NCBI RefSeq assembly: GCF_009914755.1
Contig: NC_060935.1
Direction: 5' to 3' (one strand)
DNA: 64,000 nt
Source of the DNA: the human T2T-CHM13v2.0 reference genome, Homo sapiens
The notes under the pieces: generated by a model
Databases searched by the model: none
Told to the model about the DNA's origin: nothing
What the model saw: the letters and a program-made list of their open reading frames with translations, nothing else
Position numbers and translations under genes: made by a program
Shown here: in pieces, positions 38,492-50,135 of the stretch
Position numbering within the stretch: position 1 is the first letter of the stretch
Layout of the letters: each line of letters starts with the position of its first letter

Positions 38492-40990
38492 TATAAGCAA
38501 CATAGGGCCCAATTTGATTCATCAGCTTGCTCAAAATCACACTCATGTCTAGTGGTAGTTCCAGGGCTTGAATTGTGTTCTTCAGGTTTCATATTGCTTT
38601 CTCTTTCTCCCTTGATCAAATCCCAGACACAGTATAAAGATAGCCAAGAAGAAAGATAGGGAGGGAGAGCAGGAGAAAGGAGCAGAGAGGAAATAGATAA
38701 ATTCAGGAAGAGAGGGATGGTAAAAATAAGGAAGTAAGAAAGACAGAAAATGGTAAAAATCATCAAATATTTGGAGCAAATTCTTCATTAAATAAATATG
38801 TTCAAGTAAAGAGCATAGAAAAGTACCTGGCATGTAGAAAACTCCATACAAGTAGTTGCTATTATTCATTTTTTAAAAAATTCTATTGACCCAAGGAAAA
38901 CTTGACTAGAACAGAGGATGCCATCCCTACAATGGCTCCTCTTGGTCTCTCTGCCTTAACATCAAAACGATACTGGTCAAAGGAATAACTGTGTCAGAGA
39001 AATGTCATTCCACAGGGGAAAAAAAACTATAAAGAAAACATTTTTTGATCATGTTTTAATCTCTTGACATGGACAAATGGTTGATTCCTGGCCTGCTCAC
39101 CAGCAACAACGTACTAGACACTTTGTTGTCTCCCAGTAGCCCCAATGAACCTTGACTTTCTTCTCAGGCAGCTACAAGAGTCTCAAGCTTACTTGACATC
39201 TACATTGCATATCAGACTGCTTGTGTGATAACAAAAGCGGCCATAATAAATGTCATAAAACAAGATATGCGCTGGAGGTGCAGAAAGAGGAAACAGTCAA
39301 CTTTCATATATAACTACAAATTTCTCTGTATTATGGCCATTATTTGACTAGAGAAGGAAGTTCTTAGACCCAGATCAGCAGGAAAAAAAAAAATGAAAGG
39401 GGACTTGGTGTAGTATCATAGGGTCATCCTATTTGTAGCTTTTTAATGAAAAGTAATTATAGCCTTATTCAATTATGACCCAAATGCACCTAATCCCCTC
39501 ATAAATGCTTCTTATTCACCACCCAGCACTTTCTGACACTGCTGGCCAAATAAATGGTGGCTGTTTCTACCTGGGTGATGGCAAGGTTGTTCATTGTAAC
39601 ACTCCATGAAACTTAATTATGCAAAACAAAGAGGCAACTCTGGAGCCATTAATCAGAGGTTTCATTCAGAAGTAATTTGTTGCTGGGACCCAAAGAACTG
39701 TTCTTCTGGTTCCTTCCACTGTGCTGCACTAATAGTTAATCCCTGGCTTTAATGGAAGTTGCTGGGGTTGAAGCTCTGAGGCCAATAGTGGCAAAGCAGC
39801 TTATGAACATCACCTTGCTTATTAGTGGGCAGACACCTAATTTCTTCTACTTAAGTCACCTTTAATTACAGCAACCAGAAACCAAAACCATCCACAAGTT
39901 ATCAAGAACAAGTGCCCAATCACTTATTTCCCAATTGCCTAAAGGCAGAACAAGAGAAAATGGGTAGATTATTAAAAGTGAGTTAATACGTATGAGAAAG
40001 TGAGACAAGCATACCTGAAATTGACAGAAGAAAATAATTTATACCATCTCTGAATATCTCCAGACAGAACATACTGTACCTAGCTTTTTATTAGGGAGGA
40101 TTTCAGTATTTCCTCCTAAGTAGATGAAGGGGTCAAATTATTAGGATGACCCTAATTTGGATGGTGCCTGAGGAGCTCCATACTTGTCTGTGATGAAGAG
40201 CAGGTGAACGGGAAGAGGAGGAAAGAAGGGATCCCTACCTAGAAAAAATAATTAAATACCGCCACGACCACCACTAACATCAGCACCATCATTAAAGACC
40301 TTCAGTGAAGTTGAGGGTCCTTGGTATAAATCTCCATACTGATTCATTCACCCCTTATAAATTACTCCCTGTGCTAATTAAATTCTGGAGACACAAAGAT
40401 GCACATGCCACGGTCCTTTCTTTCAGTGAGCTCACAGTCAAATGCAGAAGAGCTGCAAAGCAAAGCAGTAGGAACAGCAGTACAGACAGAGGGGAATCAC
40501 TATGGCAGAACTTAGGAAGAGTTCAGAAGCAGAGCATCAGAAATCATCAAAGGGGAAAAGAAATGAAGGATCATGGAGGTGTAAAGATTAACTGACTGAA
40601 AGATTAAGGAGAAAGAGAGTTTTCAAGTAAATAAAGTAGAAAAATGAGAAGAGCTTGGAATGAGGAAAAACCAGCCCCCTGATGCCAAACTGACGTTCAT
40701 GCTTCTCCCCTGCTGCTCTTGTGTGAACTCTATATTCAAGGCAAGGTGGTCTCCTTTTTTGTCCCCCAAACATCCTTGCTTAGCCCCTCTTCCAAACCTT
40801 TGCTTGTGCTTTACCTGTCAGTGATGCATTCCTCTGTATTTTTCCAAATTCTGCCTATTCTTTCAAGGTAAGGGTGCCTCAAGGTCAAGTGATTTGTTTC
40901 TTCTACAGCACAGTATTGTCCATATCACTCATGTGTCACCAAATCACAATACTTCCTGATGAGGTGTCTAATTTTAAAAGATGGGAATCG

Positions 40991-41468
40991 TGTGGTGAGC
41001 GGAATAATATCTTCTAAAGATATCAGGCCTTTTCCCTAGAATTTGTAAACATCGTTTTGTATGAGGAGAAGGGGTCTTTGCAGCTATGGTTAAGTTAACA
41101 TGGAGATGGAGATATTGCCCTGGAATATTTTGGTGGACTCTGAACACCATCACAAGTGTTCCCTTAAGAGGGAGGCAGAGCGTGATTTCATAAAGACAGA
41201 AGAGGAGGAAGCAATGCTACCACATAGGCAGAGACTGGATTGGTGCGGGCACAAGCCAAGGCATGTGGGCAGCCGCCAGAAGCTGGAAGAGAGGAGAAAA
41301 GGACTCTCCTGAGAGTCTCCAGGAGTACAGCCAGTCAACATGGAGATTTTGGCTCAGTGATACTAATTTTGGACTTCTGGCCTCTGGAACTGTCACAGAA
41401 TAAATTTATGTTATTTCAAACCACCAGGTTTATGGTAATTGTTAGAGTAGCCATAAGAAACTGACACA
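40991..41468 (+). mobile_element. MLT1C/D-like MaLR solo LTR
   Basis: 'tgtggtgagcggaataat..gtctttgcag..acaagccaagg..ggacttctggcctctggaactg..gtagccataagaaactgacaca'. Confidence 0.85.
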
Positions 41469-41475
41469 GATGTAC

Positions 41476-41590
41476 AGGGTGGCTACACATGCAGAATTTT
41501 GTTTATGCTCATCAGCCTAGCAGGATTCTAACAACTCTCCTTTCACTCTCAAAACAGTTCTAGTTTGGTGATAAACTATATAGTCACCCT
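41476..41590. mobile_element. MER94-like hAT-Blackjack element
   Basis: Terminal 'cagggtggctaca' and 'gataaactatatagtcacccta' form Blackjack-type inverted repeats. Confidence 0.6.
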
Positions 41591-42534
41591 AGATATGCAT
41601 GGTATTTTAGTCTTTGTTACATCATCCATGGTACAATTAACACAATCCCATGCCTAGAGTAGGCATGCAATATATAGTTTTTGAAGTACAGAGGAAAAAG
41701 TCTGTCATTTTAGAAATAATTTGCTCACAAGCTTTTCTACAAATTTTGGAAACAAGGAATTACTTTGGTGGCTGAAGTAGAGAGAATCTGCTCAGAGATA
41801 TTTATTGCTTAAAGATGAGGTTTTCAATTTGGTCTCACCACAAAAATACGAATTTGAGGTTTGTTCCAAAATGAATACAGGTCTCAATTCCAGGTTGTAT
41901 TTTTTTAATTGATAACATTGAGAGCTTTTGTTAGGGATGAGGACATGTTCCATATGTTTAGGTAAATGTGGTTTTAAGTCTTTCTTGGCTTTATTTCAGA
42001 AGAAATATCTATGTAAACTTTTTTGATAAAATCGGAGGGGGAAACTGGAAGTCTCACTTAAAATAATTCTTTGACATGCGCTTAGGTAGTGTACCTGGAC
42101 TCCTTCAGAGTAAATGTCTGCTTGTTTGTTCATATTTATGTGTGGAGGGTGGGGAAACAATCAGACAACAACTTAATTTGGACACTGAACATATACAAGA
42201 TAGTATGAAGAGGCATTAAAAAAAGTTAACATAATTTCAGCCAATGACATCTTCTGGATCCATAGTCAGAAACTATATGGACTCAAATTACAAATACCCA
42301 TGAATGTGAATTACTATATACTAGGCACTGGAAAATGTAAAAAGTAGAATATTTAGTCCACATACGTAATTTTGTTGGAGACATAAAAAGCTTGGAAAGA
42401 CATAGAAGATGTTAATCAATCCAAGGTCAATGCAAGACTTTATTGTGCTAAGTTACATGATTCTGACTATAAGTGTCAGAAAAATTAGGAGAAGGAAGAG
42501 TCCATTGTGAGCTAAGATAACTGCTAAAAGCTTC

Positions 42535-42894
42535 TGATATGGCTTGGCTCTGTGTCCCCACCCAGATCTCACCTTGAATTGTAATCTCCATAATCCCCTC
42601 ATTTCCAGGGCAGGACCAGGTGGAGGTAATTGAATCACAGGGGCGGTTCCCCCATGCTGTTCTCATGATAGTGAGTTCTCGGGAGATCTGTTGGTTTTGT
42701 AAGCATCTGTCATTTCCCCTGCCGGCTCTCATTCTCTCTCCTGCCACCCTGTGAAGAGGTGCCTTCCACCATGATTGTAAGTTTCCTGAGGCCTTCCCTG
42801 CCATGTGGAACTGTGAGTCAATTAAATCTCATTCCTTTATAAATTACCCAGCCTCGGGTATTTCTTCATAGCAAAGTGAGAACGGACTAATTCA
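42535..42894 (+). mobile_element. THE1C/D-like MaLR solo LTR
   Basis: TG..CA termini, 'ggaggtaattgaatca', 'ataaattacccagcctcgggtatttc'; perfect 5-bp TSD gcttc. Confidence 0.93.
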
Positions 42895-44774
42895 GCTTCA
42901 TACAGAGAAGCGAAATGACCTGGTGTGTGAACACATGTAGGATTCACACTGGCATTCAAAGGGCAGGTGGGGTGGTGGGCAAGGCTACTTCAGGTAACAG
43001 TATATGACAGAAATTTCACATGGCACGTGCAAGGAGCACCACACAACACCTTTGTCTCAGCATTAACTACTGCATTTGGTTTAAAATACATGTTATAATA
43101 TTTCTGAAACCTCATATATCTTAGAACTCATTCCTCCCTATTCCTCGAGGTAACGTGAAAATTTCAACCTATCCTCTGAATCTAAATTCTTATGAATTGA
43201 GCTGATTAGAAGAGATTCTCACAATTTAAAGAGATGTTACATATTGGGATGTAGTGATGCAAATTCATTTAAATAAATTTAATTAAGAAAGATCACACAA
43301 ACCTCTTCCTTTCTCTAATGCTACTGAATTAAATCAACATAGGAATGATTAATTTGACAACATACTAAAATGCCAAGATTTTCCATTGACTAACACTCTT
43401 CACGAACTAATTGTGTTTGGATATCGGTTATTGAGCAAAATACCTGAATATTGGATGACTTAGGCTGATCGTGGTTATGAAATATTTGCAAATAAATAAG
43501 CATTGTGAAGTAAGTGAAAAATATCTGGAAAGAAAATGCAGCCCAAAAGTAAATACACTGACGTATGTTTTTAGATAATGAAGTTGGAGCAAAAGAGGGA
43601 AAATATGAGCCCCCCTGGTGCACAGGAAAGACAATTAAGACACAGAAATGGAGGTTGGCATAAGGGAAGAGCAGCACTTCAAAAGTATTTAAGCATGTAG
43701 ATCCAATTTCCTTACCAGGAGGCAATCATACGCATTGCATGAGAAGAGAAACTCTAACAAAAATGTGCCTTATCACTTGCTTTCTACCTTCATCTACCTA
43801 CTGCACAACAGAATGCAAATGGTAAACTAGAAGGTTTCATGACTGCTAATTGCTGAGTCTGCTATTCATTGCGGTTGGCCTGTTGGTTCATCAGTGTTTC
43901 ACTAAATAATAGAGCGAGAAAGTCTAGCAACAAAACAAAGAACACCTGGATTCTATTAATAACTTGCATCACAATGGATATTTGAATCCGGTCTGATGTC
44001 GAATGAGACTTGCATAAAATATGCTACCATATGTGTTCTAAGATTGACCTTGGCCTATTACTGAGGGTACGTTATTGATAAACTGATGTTAGTCATTTAC
44101 TAGTTAGCACAAATTAATAATGAGAGAGCAGCTTGAAATGTGGGGATGATGAGAACTCCAGAAAGTTTGTAGAAACAAAAAAAAAGGTGGAAGACACTGT
44201 TGAATAGAAAAAAAGTTGCAGAATAGGGTCACCTAGGGCAAATGATGCACACACACAGCAAGTGTCTCTGTGTTATCCATTCCATGCTGTCAGAGCAAAG
44301 AATGGAAGCCTGAAAACTATACTGCTATCATTCTATGTTTTTGGTTGTAGATTTAAACTTTAATAACTACTGGAACACTTAATGTGAAAATTACTCTTCC
44401 TAAGTCAAGTTTATGTGTCATATTTTTAACTGATAGAATTGATAAATTTGCGTACTGTCCTTTCTATTTTACAAGGCTCTTTGAAATTTAGAGATGTTCG
44501 CACAAGGGAATACAGTGCTCTACATGACTGAATCCACAAGGGAGGTAAGCGTCTACTGCCAACAGCTCTAGCATGGGTAGGCCCATAAATGCAGCAAACG
44601 TCTGCTGGGACATGAAGCTTACATTCACTATAACGTAGCCCCTTAATTGTAGGATAACAATAAGAGGGATGCAAGGTATCTGAATAATCACATATAACAT
44701 TTATGGAGCTCAGCTTCTTGGCCCGTTTCCTTCTTAAAATACAAAAGACCTGACAGGCCTGGAGGACAGAATAA

Positions 44775-44910
44775 ACTTAGTAAACAGCAGACACTATGCT
44801 AAGCACTTCACAACGATTCCATGAACTGGGACCTGTTATGCCTTCCATTTTACAGATGCAAAAGCAATGCCAGAGAAAGGATGCAATTTCAGCTCCACAA
44901 CGTGTGCTTG
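44775..44910 (-). mobile_element. MIR SINE fragment
   Basis: 'gacactatgctaagcacttcaca..ccattttacagatg'. Confidence 0.65.
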
Positions 44911-44944
44911 GATACCACCATGTGCTTGGCCATTCTATGCCGAT

Positions 44945-45010
44945 GCCTTCTTGAACTCTTGGCCTCCCAAGTGCTAAGGTTACAGACACGAGCCCCTGCT
45001 CCCATACCCA
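44945..45010 (-). mobile_element. Degenerate Alu/FLAM fragment
   Basis: 'tcttgaactcttggcctcccaagtgctaaggttacagacacgagcc'. Confidence 0.55.
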
Positions 45011-48000
45011 ATGCCTTCTTGAAGCAAAAGTGTGAAAACATGGAATATCCCAAGCGTCTGGGCCAAGATGAAGGAAGGTACCCTAAAAATCCCTGAATAT
45101 GGCAGGAGAATTGATTAAGGGACACAAATGTTGCCATGGAAAGTAAACAACTAATGCCCAGTATCTTGGCCCACATACCTTAACCACCACGTAACCCCTT
45201 CCTTTTCAAAAACACTTTTGAGGGATTTTTCCTTATGAAAATGAATTTCAAATTATGAAATTGAGTTGATACAAAAGTAAAATTCATTCACAACAATTTG
45301 CTGTATAGTCAAATATCTTGAATTCTATCTTAAGTGTAAAAAGACCCACCTACACCAAGATATGAACTATAGGAACTACAGTCTCAAAACTGCAACTCAG
45401 ATGGAGTAAGCAACGCCCCTGCCCTGCAGCTTTTCATGCAGAGAGTGATAAGCAGAGTCTGATTCCTAACTTCATTCTCCCTCATTACAATCACTATCTC
45501 TTTCTCCTATTCCTATCAAAGGAGAAAAAAAACCTTTCTCTTAATATTTATCTCACAGAGATGTTGTGAGTATTACATAAGATAGCAGACACGAAGCAGG
45601 CACAGTGACTGTCTTAGAGGGATGTAATGAACACTTATTATTATAAGGTTCTTCAGATTCATGGGCTTCCCCCCTGTACCCCTCTCCAAGGACGACCACA
45701 GCAACATGAGGATGTCAACACTGGAAAAGGATGACTGACTCACAAGTATTTTCATTGCATGTGGAAATAGACCAAGCCCTGTGGGAGGTTAAAGAGCCTT
45801 CCCTTCAGCTAAGAACACAGAGAACTCAAATAAACATATCATAAAATACAGGAAGTCTGACTGTGAGAATTATTTAAGTGCCTTGCACATGGATATGTAG
45901 TTACGTTTAATTAAATCAATAGCTTTAAGTGATTGCCTATTACAGCCATGCTTATCATTCTCCCTAATCTGTTTTCTAAGGCCAAATTTTGCCACCCTTT
46001 TCTCTCATATTTCCTGATGTATAGATTTACATTAGGGTTCCCCTCCACCCCATTTATGTAGACCAGCATCTGCTCTCTTCTTCCCTGAATAATTAATAAC
46101 TATGCATGTTCCCAGAGCATCCTGGGACCTCCTTCCGCAGGCGTTCCCTCAGAGCAGAAGTCTTTTTCTGTTGATCATAGGCAGTTCATCTTAGAATTAC
46201 ACAAGTGGGAGCCAAGATCAATGGCAACCTGATTTACAGCAGCTCTTACCAACAGCTTGTGGAAATTAGAAATAAATATGGGGTCAAACGACTCACCAGT
46301 AATTTGACATTGGTAAATCTGGCTTATTTAGAAGTCTTAAATAATAAGGACCTTCACATCGTTATTTCAACTGAAAGAACGTCAGTGCTTTGCCTTAAGA
46401 GCCTTTGAAAGCTGAAAAGGTGATTTAAGGTATATTACCATTAGAAGTACTTTTCTATTATCTTAAGTATTGCAATGCATCTGAATTGGTAGCACAGTAG
46501 TGTAACCATTCACAGCCCTAACTGGCATACATCAGTAGAAAGACCCATAGAAGAACTGCCCTTGGTCCTGAAATCATGAGTGCAGCCCAGCTCCGTGTTT
46601 CTGTTTTCAGGTTGTATTACAAGTCAACAAAACAGGTGTCTGTGTTTCTGAGTACTCTGGAAATACCATAATGACGCAGCAAAATACCACAACAAAGTAA
46701 TTCAGAAGCTTCATGGATTAAATGAGACAGAAGCAATGCAAAATATCAAACAATGACAATGTCATAACCAAATATACTATTTTAAGAATACTATGGTGCT
46801 TAATTTTGAATAATGATTTGACGCGGTCACTCTAAAATTGACATTGGTTTCAATTTACAAAGGAAAATCTCTTGTCTTGGAATAGGTATAAAATATGAGT
46901 TTTGAACATATGGGGCAACTTAGCAGAGGCAGCAGTATATATGTGTGAGATGTAGTCTCCACATTCTGCAAAAGTTGTACTGTGATAACAATGACAAGAC
47001 TGAAAATGTTATATAACTGTACCAAAATCTGATAAAATGTGAAGACAGCTCTCAAGGGGGCAATGTAGTCCATCTCACCTTCTAAGAGTTCAGTTAAATG
47101 ATGAAGGGGTTGAAAGTGTGGACCCAGTTTTGAAATAGCACAGGGAAAGACATTCTACAAATTGATGTGGTTCATAATTTGCCTGACATAAGAGCTACTC
47201 TTCATGCCTAGCAAAAATTTTCCATGCCAGAATCTGATTCTGTTTCTTCTTCTGGTTTTATCCTTAACCAAGACACATACAGCTGGCCATGTAATAGGTA
47301 TCATACAATTGAAAATTGCCTGATCAACTTCAGGGCAGTATCTGTGTGGTTAGTAGATAACCCTGTACCACGAATGTAGTGGATAAGTTATGACATCTTT
47401 AAGAAACATTCAATAACTTGGTAATATGATACAGACTTGAGGCTGGACGGTCATGGTCACCTCTGCTCTCCTCTACCTCCCTCCGCTGTTCCTCCCCTCC
47501 TTCCCTCATGGAATTTCATAGGCATAGCACTTCACAACATTTATACATCCATTTCGAAAGTAAAAGTAAATGAATGTCAGAGGCAGCAACATAGGTGGTA
47601 GTCAAAGCTAGGGAAAATGAGAAGCAAAGAGAAGGAAGTGGCATAAGAGATGAAATTCAATTCCCTAGTTTTTAGACAGGAAGAATCTATGTCTCAAGAA
47701 GATGAAATGGCATGATAGGGGTTATGTAGCTGGTCATGCATATGGCCAAAAGCAGAATGAATCTTCTAGTTTTGATTTCTACGTCCTTTCTGCTGTATTA
47801 TGTTACAAAATATGTTTATACACATTTTACAGTGTACATAATACATATATAAAAGAGTACCCACGGAAAAGACTAATGTAGACAAAATTTGTTTTTCTGC
47901 ACTGCACTTGCCCTTTCTTTTTCTTTTGGCTGTCCCCATGACCATGATGAACACACTGTTATCCTTCCTGACTCAGGTCAAACATCAGCTGTTCTGACCC

Positions 48001-48599
48001 TCCATATTAGACCCAACCCAGGGAAGGAGACTGGGGCAAGAGCAACAGCAGCAACTTAGGTTTTAGATGTTCTTATCAAGTAGCAAACTGGGATTGAACT
48101 CAGGTGCGTTTTGATTCCAATATCTGCAACATTAACTGTGCCACATTCACAGTGGAAGTTTAACAAAGATGACCTTCAAAAAGTGCTTGATCCATGGTAG
48201 ACAAGCAACCAATCTTATTTATGCTTTCTCTTGTTTCCAAGTTTTTTTTTTTTAAATTTTACCTCCCAAGCAAGTTATCACTGACTTACTACTCTCAGAG
48301 TAATTTTATTAATCAAAAGTTGTATACCTTTTTTTTTAAGTCAATGAACATATATGGAGTTCTGAATCATGTTTAGTGTAAGAGCTAGAAATCTAACAAT
48401 GAAAAGACGAGATAAGAGCCAGATTGTGAAGAACTTTATATGCAATACCAAACACTTGAGCCTTTGTCTTATGGGCTCAAGGGAGATATGGAGAATATTA
48501 AGCAGTAGAGCAATAGAATCTGATCTTTATTTTAAGTGAATAAACCTGACTACCATGTGAAAAATGTATCCAAGGTGAACAAAAATCACCAGCAATACC

Positions 48600-50135
48600 T
48601 GTTTCAGTGGTTTAACCAGCAGATAAAGAAGTCTTAGTTTATACCATAGACTCTTAGAGGAAGGAAAACAAAAAGAACTGTACACCAACATTGTACTTTA
48701 GTTTTTTTTTCCTTATAGGATTAAGGATTACACAAGTATGAAACAACCTAACTTAATATTAGGGTTAAATAAAGAAAGAAATTATAGATAATCAATGCCA
48801 GATTTCTTACTTGGAGAAAGAGGATTCAAATAAGAAAAGGAGAGGTGACTAGAATAAACCCTGTGGAGCTGAGTAGAGTCAAAGCTATCAATATGGACTC
48901 ATGGGATTTAAAAATATACTGCAGATATATGGAAAGGTAGAACAATAGATAGATACAGCTGTGTTTCTGTATGAGTTAGTCCACATCCGTACATTTCCCA
49001 GCCCCATTCACTCAGAGAAACTAGATGCAGTTAACCCACAGTAACAATGAGCACACCCAGCACCAAGATCTTGGTTTCTAAATACCATTCATCAGTACAA
49101 AAAAACAAATACCATTCATCAATACAGATAACAAGGCCTGGCAGAGTTCAGGATTAAGAATGGAAAAATGTGAGTCTGTAGCACATTTTGGTGCTGAAAA
49201 GTATAAAAGCAATCTTTAAAAAAGAGAGATGTGTAACATTAAAACACCAAAGAGCCAACTTCAAAGAGTTCACAATAACTAAAATTGGAGCAACTTGAAA
49301 AGTGAAAAAATAGCAAAGATTAAAATAACATCCATGAGTTCACATTGATATAAACGAATAAGTGAACACTTAAATAAATGGAGGAGTAGACCATTCTTCC
49401 TTGAAGGAGAATTCCAATTAACAAACATAGAAAGAATGGGAGAAACAGAAAAGCACCATTAGAAGTTTACAGTAATGATTGCTTCAGACAAGAACCACTG
49501 ATGAATACTCAAAAAAATGGGCAGAAGTTTAAGCAGAAACAAGATACATTTCTCTCTACAAATATTTACAAAGGGAATAAAGTAACTGTGCAATGAAGAA
49601 TTCTGGCAGATACTGCATTCACCAAGGGATCAGGGATAACATCACCAGTGAGGAACACATGTCAATCTCATATACCAGCTGCTGTCATGAACTGTGAAGG
49701 GCACAAGATCTCTTTCGTGTCCTTCCCAATAATTTATAATCTCATACTAATCATCATGAGAAAACATCAGTTAAATCCCAATTGTGGAATATTGTACAAA
49801 GCAATGAACCAGTACTCTGAAAGTGTCAAGGTCACAAAAGACAAGCAAAGACTAAAAACCTGTCACAGATTGGAGAATACTAAATGCAGAAGAAGACACG
49901 ACAACTAAATGCAATGTGGGATCCTGGATTGAATCTTGTGACAGAAAACAGAACTGAACATGGCATTTATGGGAAAATGGTTAACATTCTAATATGTTCT
50001 GTAGATTAGTTAACAGGATTGTGCCAAGGTTAATTTCTTAGTTTTGATAATTATTCTATGGTTATATAGAATGTTGACATGAGGAGAAACTGGAGGAAAA
50101 GTGTATGGGACCTCTGAATGTTCTCCAGAATAAAG
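48600..50135 (+). mobile_element. L1MC-type 3' UTR fragment inserted in an antisense L2 (~48330-48600 and ~50140-50520)
   Basis: 'caccaagatcttggtttctaaatacca','aaatgcaatgtgggatcctggatt','gttaatttcttagttttgataatt..gtatgggacctct' are L1MC 3' hallmarks; L2 sequence 'gaggtgcttctgggacatccagatgga' resumes afterwards. Confidence 0.75.

Noticed and set aside
40879-40887. Perfect NR5A/ERR site TCAAGGTCA (similar sites at 42421, ~18310, ~49826)
   Set aside because: Isolated 9-mers, several inside MIR, L1 or L2-like sequence, with no supporting motif cluster
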